Origin: an uncultured Candidatus Saccharibacteria bacterium
GTDB taxonomy: Bacteria; Patescibacteriota; Minisyncoccia; JAHISW01; Tagabacteraceae
Length of the DNA: 64,000 nucleotides
Reading direction: 5' to 3'
Assembly: GCA_964601305.1 (NCBI GenBank)
Contig: CAZRMW010000003.1
Location: 3,116-67,115, forward strand
Positions within the stretch are counted from its first letter, which is position 1. The number at the start of each line of letters is the position of its first letter. The position numbers and the translations under genes were made by a program. The notes under the pieces were generated by a model. The model had not been told where the DNA came from. It worked only from the letters and a program-made list of their open reading frames with translations, and made no database searches. Of the stretch, positions 18,279 through 27,308 are shown piece by piece.

Positions 18279-19327
18279 CCTACAAGAATTATCACCATGC
18301 CAACAATGGCACAAACTATACCAATAATCCAAAAACGCATTACAACTTTGTATGAAGGCCAGCCAAGTGCTTGAAAATGATGATGAATGGGTGCCGCTTT
18401 AAAAACTTTTTTACCTCTAGTTTTTTTAGAAAAGATTTGAATAATGTCTGACGCAGTTGTGGCGGCTAGCGGAAAAGCAATAATAGGTAAAACCAAAACA
18501 GAGTCTGTAAAAAAGGCAATCACGGTTAGCGTGGCAGTGAGGCCAAGCATACCTGTTTCGCTCATATAAAATCTTGCTGGAGGAATATTAAACCACAAGA
18601 ATGCTAAAATTGCGCCAGTAACAACAGCGCAAAAAGTAGCTAAGTCTATTTGGTTTTGAAAAAATGCTATCCCAGTGTACGCAGCAAAAATAGAAGCCAT
18701 AATACCTCCAGAAAGCCCGTCTAATCCATCAATTACTCCTCCGCTAAATACAGCAAGCATTACTATTATAAAAAATGGAATAAAAAGTAGACCAATATCG
18801 AAATGCCCTACAAAAGGAACAAAAACACCACTAATACCAAGTTTGTAAAAAAACCACCACCCGCCAATAAAACCAATTAGTGCCACAAGTAAAATTCTTT
18901 TGGTTAAACTAAGACCACCACCTATATACTTACCTTTTCCGCGAACCTGTAAAATATCGTCTACGAGACCTATTAAAGAAGCCGAGATAAGAGCAAAGAA
19001 AGGAAGCCAGGTTTGAGATCTGCTTAAGAAATTTAGTTTTTCAGTAAATTCTCCAGGAAAAATTTTAGAAATAAATAAAAACAAAAAACTTACAATAAGT
19101 ACGCTGGCCCAAATTACTATACCACCCATTCGTGGAGTTTTGTTTTCTTCGCCTTTTTGTAATTTACTTACCACTGTGGCGTGTTCTCCACTAAGCGCTT
19201 TTTTGCCTACAGTTTTCTTCCACGCCTTGTATTTATATAAGTAATGCGTCAAAAAAGGTGTGAGCCAAATTGCCACAAAGAAAGTAAAAGCAGATAAGCC
19301 AAATACTTTTAAAATATTTAGTCCCAT
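18275..19327 (-). CDS. mraY: phospho-N-acetylmuramoyl-pentapeptide transferase
   Basis: TPRMGG, DD, DGLDGL, APIHHHF. Confidence 0.95.
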   Translation of the reverse strand: MGLNILKVFGLSAFTFFVAIWLTPFLTHYLYKYKAWKKTVGKKALSGEHATVVSKLQKGEENKTPRMGGIVIWASVLIVSFLFLFISKIFPGEFTEKLNFLSRSQTWLPFFALISASLIGLVDDILQVRGKGKYIGGGLSLTKRILLVALIGFIGGWWFFYKLGISGVFVPFVGHFDIGLLFIPFFIIVMLAVFSGGVIDGLDGLSGGIMASIFAAYTGIAFFQNQIDLATFCAVVTGAILAFLWFNIPPARFYMSETGMLGLTATLTVIAFFTDSVLVLPIIAFPLAATTASDIIQIFSKKTRGKKVFKAAPIHHHFQALGWPSYKVVMRFWIIGIVCAIVGMVIILVG

Positions 19328-19758
19328 TATTTTTTAATAAAATTTTCTATATGTTTAATAAACTTGTTAAAATCGTCTAGGTCTTTTTTTATGGTAGACA
19401 AAATTTCTTCTGGTTCAACTTTCCAATATAAGTGTACTAATCTATTTCTATATCCAGCCATGCCCTTTATTTTTTCAGCAAAATTTTCTGGGATTACTTC
19501 GTATTTTCCAAGAGATAAAATAACTTGAGTGTAGTCTTTTTTCTTTCCGTTTGTAGGAATTCTAGCTAAAATATGAGTGCCGATTGTTAAAACAGCTTCC
19601 AAAGCCACTCTCAAATGAAAACATGCCAAAGAATAATTATCTTGGTTTTTTGTAAATTCTTTTGCGCTCATCTTCTCAAATTTTTCTAATTCCAAAATAG
19701 AGGCCCGAATATCTGCTATTCTTTCAATAATTTTTTCTTTGTTTAGATTTTTGATCAT
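19327..19758 (-). CDS. hepT: HepT-like HEPN (DUF86) ribonuclease toxin
   Basis: RNRLVHLY (RX4HXY). Confidence 0.9.
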   Translation of the reverse strand: MIKNLNKEKIIERIADIRASILELEKFEKMSAKEFTKNQDNYSLACFHLRVALEAVLTIGTHILARIPTNGKKKDYTQVILSLGKYEVIPENFAEKIKGMAGYRNRLVHLYWKVEPEEILSTIKKDLDDFNKFIKHIENFIKK

Positions 19759-19775
19759 TTTTATTTTTATATAAA

Positions 19776-20192
19776 TTAAGATTGAGACGAAATAGCTAGT
19801 ACTCCCTTAAAGTACTCGTCTATAAAAAATTTATAGTCTCTATAATGATTAATAATTTTTTCTTTAAAGTTGAATGAATTTTCTAAGTTTTTTGTATAAA
19901 TTAATTCTCCTTCAGAAATGATTCGAAACTGAAAATGAAGAGGCACTTCTTCTACAAAGACTAAGTCAATTTTCTTGCCACCAAAACAAGTTGTTAGTTC
20001 AGAAAAAATATTTCCGTAGATTTTTCCTTTTCTTTCTTTTTTTGGCAAACCTTTTTCAAATATTATACCAATATCAAAATCACTTTCTGGGTGTGTGTCG
20101 CCAGAAATTTGAGAGCCAAAAAAATAAATATCAGATAAGCTGTATTTTTCAGCAATTATCTTTAACTCTTTTTTATTAAATTTTATTGCCAT
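19776..20192 (-). CDS. mntA: MntA-like minimal nucleotidyltransferase antitoxin
   Basis: FGSQ...SDFDIG, IDLV; likely start 20192. Confidence 0.9.
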   Translation of the reverse strand: MAIKFNKKELKIIAEKYSLSDIYFFGSQISGDTHPESDFDIGIIFEKGLPKKERKGKIYGNIFSELTTCFGGKKIDLVFVEEVPLHFQFRIISEGELIYTKNLENSFNFKEKIINHYRDYKFFIDEYFKGVLAISSQS

Positions 20193-20323
20193 ACCTACAT
20201 TATGCCCTAAATTAAAAAAATTTAAAACACAAAAAACCTTGACATTTGAATATTTTTGTGATAATTTTTGAAACAGAAATTTATATAGATTTAAAATGTT
20301 AAAAATATTGAAGGAGGTGCTAA

Positions 20324-20815
20324 GTGGCTGAAGAAACAAAAAAGGCGATTGTTGAAGAGCTATTTGCCGAAGGAATGACGAGCCCTATAGAAATTCGTAA
20401 AAAGACGGGATTTAGTTATGGATATGTTAGAAACATTGTCTCTGATATTAAGAGTCCGGGAAGTTTTAAAAAAAGTCGAGAGAAATATTTTAAGACAAAA
20501 AAAGGACAGAGTGTAAGGAAAAGGGCAATAGATAAATGGAGAGGAAACAACCCGGACAAGGTAAGAGCTCATAGGAAAAAATGGAGAAATAATAATCCAG
20601 ATAAAGTAATGGTGCAAAACAACAAAAGATACAGAAACAGACAAGAAGAAACTATCCCGACAGCAGATAATCGTTATCAAGAGTGGACTGTCGAAGAGAT
20701 AAAATTTCTCGAAAAAAATAAAGAAAAAAACACAATAAAAGAAATGGCCCTGGCTTTAAACAGAACTTATGGAGGGGTGAATGGAGCACTTACACGCTTC
20801 AACCTTCGTGCTTAG
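20324..20815 (+). CDS. basic HTH/Myb-like DNA-binding protein
   Basis: GTG start after GGAGG; N-terminal HTH, duplicated KWR.NNPDKV, WTVEEIKFL...MALALNRT. Confidence 0.65.
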   Translation: MAEETKKAIVEELFAEGMTSPIEIRKKTGFSYGYVRNIVSDIKSPGSFKKSREKYFKTKKGQSVRKRAIDKWRGNNPDKVRAHRKKWRNNNPDKVMVQNNKRYRNRQEETIPTADNRYQEWTVEEIKFLEKNKEKNTIKEMALALNRTYGGVNGALTRFNLRA

Positions 20816-20898
20816 GTCAAAGCATACAAGCTCCCACAGAAAAGTTTTTTCTGCGGGAGTAAAAATTTACTTAATTTTAAATTTGGAAAATACAAATT

Positions 20899-21816
20899 TT
20901 ATTTTACAAATGTTTTGTGTAAGGTTTTTACATCTTCAAATCTTCCTTCAAGAGAAGATCCGAGTATTGTAATTATAACTGGGTTTGCTAAGCCCCTATT
21001 TACAACTACGGACAAATTGCCTCCTGCTGTGTCGCTAAATCCAGTTTTGCCACCAAGTAGCACTGGCAAATCAAAGATAATTTTGTTGGTGTTTTTAAAC
21101 TCTTTGCCATTTAAGATTATTTTTTCTCTAGACGTAGCTTCTAATATGTTTGGATAATTTTTGAGCATATAAGCCATCATACTTGTCATATCTTTGCAGG
21201 AACCAAAATTGCTGGCCACAGTGTCGTTTTCTAAATCCAAACCAGATGTATTTTGAAAAGAAGTTTGGTTTAATTGCATTTCCCCTGCTTTTCTATTCAT
21301 AAGTTTTACAAATTTTGTATCTGTAATCTCATTTCCTTCTCTTAGAGACGAAGCTACAGCAAAGGCAGCATCGTTTGACGAAGAAATAAGCATGGCTTTT
21401 AGGATATCGTTTAGTTGCCACCTTGCCCCTACGTCTAGTCCGTTGTCTCCTTCTTTTAGTAGCGCTTCTTTAGAAATTAATACAGTAGTAGATTCTAGTA
21501 AATTTTCCTTAGCCGTAATTGCCGTCATAATTTTTGTTAAGCTGGCAAGCGGAAGCCTTTTGTTTAGATTTTTTTCAAAAACAAATTTATTTTCTGAAAC
21601 ATCAAAAACACATCCAGATGTCGCTTCTATTTCTATATTTATTTTTGGCGACAATTCTGCCGTTTCTTTTTTATTTATCGATTCAGAAACATTTGCTAAA
21701 GTCTTATCTTTATTTTTGGAATATTGTGGAGCAATAAAGTTTAATCCAGCCAAAAAAACCAAAGCCAAAACAACCTTCAAGATATCTTTTAAAAAATTCG
21801 TTTTTTCTTTGCTCAT
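20899..21816 (-). CDS. D-alanyl-D-alanine carboxypeptidase (peptidase S11)
   Basis: ASLTK, SSN, KTG. Confidence 0.92.
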   Translation of the reverse strand: MSKEKTNFLKDILKVVLALVFLAGLNFIAPQYSKNKDKTLANVSESINKKETAELSPKINIEIEATSGCVFDVSENKFVFEKNLNKRLPLASLTKIMTAITAKENLLESTTVLISKEALLKEGDNGLDVGARWQLNDILKAMLISSSNDAAFAVASSLREGNEITDTKFVKLMNRKAGEMQLNQTSFQNTSGLDLENDTVASNFGSCKDMTSMMAYMLKNYPNILEATSREKIILNGKEFKNTNKIIFDLPVLLGGKTGFSDTAGGNLSVVVNRGLANPVIITILGSSLEGRFEDVKTLHKTFVK

Positions 21817-21822
21817 TATTCT

Positions 21823-22359
21823 TTATTCCTGTGGGTTGTTTATAATTTCTAAAATTTCTTTGTAGTGTTTTGTGTAGCTTGGCAGATCTTCTTTTTCTTT
21901 AATCCCCAAATATTGAAATAAAAGAAGAGAGGGGGTATAAACATAAGTTCGTTTGTCTTTTGGGTTTGGTTTTCTTTCAATTAGACCTTTTATTAGAAGG
22001 TTTCTCAAAGTAAATCCGGCATTAACCCCTCTTATATAGTCTATTTCCGATTTGCTTACATCTTCTTTGTATAAAATTATTGCTAGTGTTTCTAGCCCTG
22101 CTTGGCCGAGTTTTTTATCTAACTCATTTTTTGCCAACTCTTTACAAAACTTTGCAGAGTCTGAAGAAGTACCTAACATTATTTTGCCATTTTCTCTTAT
22201 TAAAACAAGTCCGCGGTTTTTTAGTTTTTCATCTAGTTCTTTCAAGGCTTCTTTTATCTCTTTTTCTTTTACACCCAAAACTTTTGCAAGCTTGTTTGTG
22301 TTTTGTGGTTCCCCTGCCAAAAAAAGGAGAGCCTCGATATCTTTTGTTAGATCATTCAT
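21823..22359 (-). CDS. scpB: SMC-Scp complex subunit ScpB
   Basis: IEALLF, LETLAIILY, IDYIRGVN. Confidence 0.93.
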   Translation of the reverse strand: MNDLTKDIEALLFLAGEPQNTNKLAKVLGVKEKEIKEALKELDEKLKNRGLVLIRENGKIMLGTSSDSAKFCKELAKNELDKKLGQAGLETLAIILYKEDVSKSEIDYIRGVNAGFTLRNLLIKGLIERKPNPKDKRTYVYTPSLLLFQYLGIKEKEDLPSYTKHYKEILEIINNPQE

Positions 22360-22367
22360 TTTACTGG

Positions 22368-23102
22368 TTACTCGTTATTTGTTACTTTACTAATATGTAT
22401 TTCTCCAAAATCTTCCCCTTGTTTTACAATTATAAATCCCCTTTTGGTTAATTCAAGAAGAGCTAAAAAACTCACAACAAGATCTACTTTTTGGCACTCT
22501 TTGTTTTTGTTGTGTGTATCAGAAAAGCACAGCGAAACTTTATCTTCGATTCTCTTTATAAGACTATCTATTTTTTGTTCCAAACTTATAGTCTTTTTAA
22601 CTTTTACTTCTGGTAATTTTGGTTTTGGTGGTGGAATTTTTCCCAGAGCGTTTTGTAAAGCAATTTCTAAATTTGTTTGAGACAAATCTTTCGGCTTAAT
22701 TTGTAATTGATCTAATGGTAAAATATTTTCTATTTGATAAAAAGAAGGTCTGCTAAATATTACATTTTTACCAAAAATTTTTTCGAGATCTTTTGAAATA
22801 TTTCTAAATTTTTTGTAAAGTTTTAATTTTTCTTCCAAGTCTTCTATTTCTGTCTCTTCTTCGTCTGTAAGTTTTAAAGATGGCATTAAAGAGCGGGATT
22901 TTATGAGCATAAGAGTTGCTGCTACAACGACAAAAGAAGCAACCTCTTCTGTGGGAAACTGCTCTATTTTTTTTATGTAGTCTAAGTATTGATCTGCAAT
23001 TTCTGAAAGTGAAAGTTCGTTTATAGAGAGCTTTTTCTTGTCTATAAGATCTACAAGCACTTCAAACGGCCCATTAAATTTTTCAGTCTGTATATTATAC
23101 AT
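22368..23102 (-). CDS. scpA: segregation/condensation protein ScpA
   Basis: FNGPFEVL, IADQYL, IKSRSL, FLALLEL. Confidence 0.93.
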   Translation of the reverse strand: MYNIQTEKFNGPFEVLVDLIDKKKLSINELSLSEIADQYLDYIKKIEQFPTEEVASFVVVAATLMLIKSRSLMPSLKLTDEEETEIEDLEEKLKLYKKFRNISKDLEKIFGKNVIFSRPSFYQIENILPLDQLQIKPKDLSQTNLEIALQNALGKIPPPKPKLPEVKVKKTISLEQKIDSLIKRIEDKVSLCFSDTHNKNKECQKVDLVVSFLALLELTKRGFIIVKQGEDFGEIHISKVTNNE

Positions 23103-23122
23103 ATGCTCATTATAGCAGAAAA

Positions 23123-23348
23123 TAAAAAATCCCCGGAGTATTTAGTTATACCCCGAGGAATGTCCTTCAACTTCTCCGCAAGCAGCGGACACATACCGCT
23201 TGGGAAAATCCCTGTATTTGAATCTTGTCCGGGCCGGGAAGTCGCCTTGGACAGAAAGTGCTGAAACTGCCGGAATCGAACCGGTATCCCCTCCAAAACA
23301 CAGAGGTCTCTTGCCCATTAAGAAATTCATCCTCTCAATCACTTTCTA
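23123..23348 (-). ncRNA. candidate ~225-nt ncRNA containing a tRNA-like domain
   Basis: TTGACA-16-TATAAT (23382-23355); D-, anticodon- and T-arm-like hairpins (CCGGTTCGATTCCGG) closed by a long helix; second domain; terminator. Confidence 0.65.
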
Positions 23349-23549
23349 CTCTCTATTATACACATACAAAATATTTTGTCAACCCCTCACCTTTGCAAAG
23401 TTTTTATTCATAAAAAATACTATCAAAGGTGAGGGGTCAAGAGGTGAAATTTGAGAGCAAATTGGGAAATAAAAGTGGAACCTATTTAACGCGATAGCAG
23501 TGGATAGGTTCCATTGACAGAATTTTAAAGAAATGTTATCCATAAAACT

Positions 23550-23681
23550 ATGGAAAATTTAATTATGAAATATAGAACAAATATTACCAAAGGTCTTAAT
23601 GGCTGGGATATTTCTGTGTGCGGAAATATGCATTTCGTGCCAGAAAATCAATATATTGGGCAAAACAGGTTAGAAACTTGA
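23550..23681 (+). CDS. putative leader peptide (43 aa) upstream of MFS-GNAT
   Basis: ORF just after TTGACA (23514); followed by hairpin TGTCTTGCTC-AACA-GAGTAAGGCA + T5. Confidence 0.45.
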   Translation: MENLIMKYRTNITKGLNGWDISVCGNMHFVPENQYIGQNRLET

Positions 23682-23779
23682 GTTAACAAACAAACTAAGT
23701 ATTTAAGGTGTCTTGCTCAACAGAGTAAGGCATTTTTAGATTTTAAGGTCTAAAAAAGTTCTTTAACAATAAAATAAAT

Positions 23780-23826
23780 AAACCCTATCTGAGGGAGATC
23801 GGATCTCCCTCAGATACAAAAGGAGG
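23780..23826 (+). repeat. 47-nt direct repeat copy 1 (31-bp palindrome + SD)
   Basis: AAACCCTATCTGAGGGAGATCGGATCTCCCTCAGATACAAAAGGAGG; 46/47 identical to 25034-25080. Confidence 0.9.
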
Positions 23827-23833
23827 CTTAAGA

Positions 23834-25015
23834 ATGGGGCGTGAAGATATGAAAAGAAATATATTACTGTATAAATGGTATGCAGTTTTGAGTGAACCGG
23901 TTTTTTGGGGACCAACCATTATTCTCTTTATACAAAATGCTGGGAAAATGAGTTTGCCAGAAATCTATTTGATGGAAGCAATTGTGTTGGGATTTATGGT
24001 CTTGTTAGAAATACCATCAGGAGCCTTAGCAGATATTGTTGGAAGAAAGAAAACAATTCTTACCGGTCAGTTTTTTGTTTTAATAAGTGTGATACTTTTA
24101 GCATTTATTAATTCATCAACAGATGTTTGGATTTCTAATTTTGTCTGCATGATAGGAATGGTGTGTCGTTCTGGAGCAGATTCTGCACTTCTGTATGACT
24201 CACTAAAAGAAATTGGCAGAGAGATTGATTATCAAGAAATACAAGGCAATGCTTTGGGAAATAAGTTGTTAGCTTATGCTTTTTGTTCTTTGGTGGTTGG
24301 ATTTCTTTCAGAGATAGACTTGAGACTACCGTTTTTTCTTGCCATCCCTTGGGTAGCCACTTCTTGTTTTTTAATTTTCTGTTTTAAAGAACCGGTTTAT
24401 ACTCAAAAATTTAGTTTTAAAAAACAAGCAGACTTAATGAAAACAAGTATAAGGTTTGTTTTAAACAGTAGGCCTGTTAAGTGGATCATTATTTTTGTAG
24501 TTTTAATATCTGTTTCTTCACAGATTTGGTTTTATAGCTATAATCTATATTTCGAACTAGTAAATCTTGGATTAAGGTATTACGGAATTATTTTTTTCTT
24601 ATTAAATATCATTGCTTGTTTTTTTAGTCGCAATGCATATAAAATAGAAAAAAAATTTAACGAACAACTATGTATTGTTAGCATGATTTTGCTTATAGGG
24701 ATCCCTGTTTTGTTGATGGGATTGATTGTTATAAAAGAGATAGTTATTTTGGTGTTGCTACAAAATGTAGTCCGTGGTTTTATGGAGCCATTTTGGGGAG
24801 GATTTTTAAACAAACATATAGATACTGAAAACAGGGCGACTGTTATATCAATTAAGTCAGCTTTTGGTGGTTTTGTAGCTATCGTTTCTTATTCTTTGTT
24901 TGGATTTATTTTAGAAATTTGGACATTAACCTTTTGTTTACAAGCTCTCGGAATAACGGTGTTGTTTTTTGGAGTAATTATGGTTGTGTGGTATAGAAAA
25001 ATTTTCAAACCCTAA
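23834..25015 (+). CDS. MFS transporter
   Basis: LEIPSGALADIVGRK (motif A), SGADSALLYDSL, RATVISI. Confidence 0.92.
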   Translation: MGREDMKRNILLYKWYAVLSEPVFWGPTIILFIQNAGKMSLPEIYLMEAIVLGFMVLLEIPSGALADIVGRKKTILTGQFFVLISVILLAFINSSTDVWISNFVCMIGMVCRSGADSALLYDSLKEIGREIDYQEIQGNALGNKLLAYAFCSLVVGFLSEIDLRLPFFLAIPWVATSCFLIFCFKEPVYTQKFSFKKQADLMKTSIRFVLNSRPVKWIIIFVVLISVSSQIWFYSYNLYFELVNLGLRYYGIIFFLLNIIACFFSRNAYKIEKKFNEQLCIVSMILLIGIPVLLMGLIVIKEIVILVLLQNVVRGFMEPFWGGFLNKHIDTENRATVISIKSAFGGFVAIVSYSLFGFILEIWTLTFCLQALGITVLFFGVIMVVWYRKIFKP

Positions 25016-25033
25016 ACCCAAACTTAACTCAAA

Positions 25034-25080
25034 AAACCCTATCTGAGGGAGATCGGATCTCCCTCAGATATAAAAGGAGG
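25034..25080 (+). repeat. 47-nt direct repeat copy 2
   Basis: directly precedes the GNAT start. Confidence 0.9.
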
Positions 25081-25084
25081 AGAA

Positions 25085-25672
25085 ATGGAAACGAAAAAAC
25101 AAAGAATAATTTTTTTGGAAGGAAAGAAGGTTGTTTTAAGACCGCTAAACAAAAAAACAGATTTGGAAAATGTTACGAAATGGATAAATGACCGAGAAGT
25201 TGTGCAATATTTGCAAGCATTTTTACCAAAAACTTTCCAAGAAGAGAAAGAGTGGCTTAGCAGAAAAAACGATGAAAAAAATATTGTTTTAGCTATAGAA
25301 ACAACCAAGGGAATTCATATTGGAAGCCTGGGTCTACATAACATTGATTCAATACATAGAGTTGTTACGTTTGGAATTATGATAGGAGAAAAAGAGTATT
25401 GGGGAAAAAGATATGGTACAGAGGCCCTGATGCTACTTCTTGAATATGCATTTAACACTTTGAATTTAAGAAAAGTTTGTTTAGATGTGTTTGCTTTCAA
25501 TAACCGCGCAAAAAAAGTCTATGAAAAATGTGGATTTAAAAAAGAAGGTGTCATGAAAGAACACCATTATGTAAACGGTAAATACATAGATGTTGTTTTT
25601 ATGGCAGTTTTTAAAAAAGACTTTCTCAAAATCTGGGAGAAATATTTAACTAGTGAGGTTGAACCTCGCTAG
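25085..25672 (+). CDS. RimJ/RimL-type GNAT N-acetyltransferase
   Basis: YWGKRYGTEA, NNRAKKVYEKCGF. Confidence 0.92.
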   Translation: METKKQRIIFLEGKKVVLRPLNKKTDLENVTKWINDREVVQYLQAFLPKTFQEEKEWLSRKNDEKNIVLAIETTKGIHIGSLGLHNIDSIHRVVTFGIMIGEKEYWGKRYGTEALMLLLEYAFNTLNLRKVCLDVFAFNNRAKKVYEKCGFKKEGVMKEHHYVNGKYIDVVFMAVFKKDFLKIWEKYLTSEVEPR

Positions 25673-25916
25673 TTATTGAAAAAATAAAAGGTACAAAGTT
25701 AAGCGACCCCGCCTAAGGCGGACAAGCGCATATTTTGTACCTTTTTTTATTTTGTCTGTAAATTTTTACGTTAACGTTGGAATTTAAAACTTCGTTTTAT
25801 TTTTATGTTTTTATCTACAAAAATCACACAACTGTGGTTATCGCCAGTTATAGGTGATTTTATTTTACAAGCAAAAAACTTTATAAAGCTTCTTTTTTGT
25901 GGTTCGAGAGTTTTGT

Positions 25917-27305
25917 CTATTGTTTGTTAATTTTAATTCCCAGTTCTTTGAGTTGTTCATCGCTGATTTCTGCTGGGGCGTCTACCATTAGGTCCCGCCC
26001 ATCGCCTGTTTTTGGAAAAGCAATTACTTCACGAATGTTTGGCTCGTTTTGTAGTATGGCAATAAGTCTGTCCATACCAAAAGCTATCCCCCCATGCGGT
26101 GGCGCGCCAAACTCAAGGGCTTTTAGCATATGCCCAAAATCTTTTTCTATATTTTCTTCGCTATGGCCTATTATTTCCAGCACAGCTTTTAGTGCCTTCG
26201 GATTATGGTTTCTAATACTTCCTCCGCCAATTTCAAAACCATTTAGCACTATGTCGTATTGAGCGGCAATAATGCCTTCTATATTTTTCTTTTCCATTAA
26301 ATCTTTTTCAGATTCGGGTATTGCTGCAGAAAATGGATTGTGTGTAAAAGTCCACTTATCGTTTTTATCTTTCTCAAAGAAAGGAAAATCTACTATCCAG
26401 CAAAAAGCTAGTTCGTCTTCCTCGTTTTCTCTCAAATCTGGCCTGTCTGTGCCATATTTTTCTATTGCATCTTTGTAAGAAATTCTTGGGAAAGGAACTT
26501 CTTTTATTTTCTTTTCTGGATATAGTTTTTTTACCATATCTATCATAAGTTTTTCGTTTAATGCCATTGCACCCTCTCTACCAACAAAAGACATTTCCAT
26601 ATCTAGCTGAGTAAACTCTGGTTGTCTATCTCCTCTTGTGTCTTCATCTCTGAGGCATTTGGCAAACTGAAAATACTTTTCAAACCCAGACACCATAAGA
26701 AGCTGTTTAAACTGTTGTGGAGCCTGTGGGAGCGCATAGAACTTGCCTTTTTGTAGCCTAGAAGGCACTACATAGTCTCTTGCGCCCTCTGGAGTAGCTT
26801 TGGTAAGCAGGGGTGTTTCTATTTCTATAAAACCTTCTTCAGACAGCAAATTTCTCAAAAAACGGAAAACTTCGTGGCGCATTTTAATATTTTTTTGTAG
26901 TCGTGATCTTTTGAGATCCAGATAGCGATATTTTAGTCGCACTTCTTCGTTTACATCTCGGCCATCTTGGTCTAATTCAAAGGGAGGGGTATCTGAACTG
27001 TTTAAAATTACAAGACTATTTGCTTTTAATTCTATTTTTCCAGTTTCAATTTCATCGTTTACCATGTCTTCTGGGCGATCTTTTATTTCTCCAGTTATTT
27101 CTATGGAGTCGTTGGTTCTTAAGGTGTTTGCTATTTTTAATACTTCTTTGTTTGCGGGAGTAAAAACTACTTGCAAAACACCCGTGGCATCAACAAAGTC
27201 TATAAAAATTAGTTTGCCATGATCTCGCCTAGTTCCAACCCAACCATTAACTTTTACTTCTTCCCCCACATTTTCGGGGGTATTTTTAATATAAATCCTT
27301 TCCAT
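25917..27305 (-). CDS. aspS: aspartate--tRNA ligase (short form without GAD domain)
   Basis: RRDHG, RLKYRYLDL, TPEGARDY, RQPEFTQLD, GAPPHGG. Confidence 0.96.
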   Translation of the reverse strand: MERIYIKNTPENVGEEVKVNGWVGTRRDHGKLIFIDFVDATGVLQVVFTPANKEVLKIANTLRTNDSIEITGEIKDRPEDMVNDEIETGKIELKANSLVILNSSDTPPFELDQDGRDVNEEVRLKYRYLDLKRSRLQKNIKMRHEVFRFLRNLLSEEGFIEIETPLLTKATPEGARDYVVPSRLQKGKFYALPQAPQQFKQLLMVSGFEKYFQFAKCLRDEDTRGDRQPEFTQLDMEMSFVGREGAMALNEKLMIDMVKKLYPEKKIKEVPFPRISYKDAIEKYGTDRPDLRENEEDELAFCWIVDFPFFEKDKNDKWTFTHNPFSAAIPESEKDLMEKKNIEGIIAAQYDIVLNGFEIGGGSIRNHNPKALKAVLEIIGHSEENIEKDFGHMLKALEFGAPPHGGIAFGMDRLIAILQNEPNIREVIAFPKTGDGRDLMVDAPAEISDEQLKELGIKINKQ

Positions 27306-27308
27306 ATT

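Noticed and set aside
23253-23347. Functional tRNA or tmRNA
   Set aside because: No proper 7-bp acceptor stem or CCA end, non-canonical anticodon loop, no tmRNA 5' GGGG end or tag ORF
23051-23454. Short overlapping ORFs (23051-23296, 23142-23342, 23200-23454, 23225-23413)
   Set aside because: No recognisable motifs or SD; better explained by a GC-rich structured RNA
25917-27305. Short AspRS (and short AlaRS at 43085-44839) as pseudogenes or novelty
   Set aside because: Catalytic motifs are intact; domain-trimmed forms are typical of CPR
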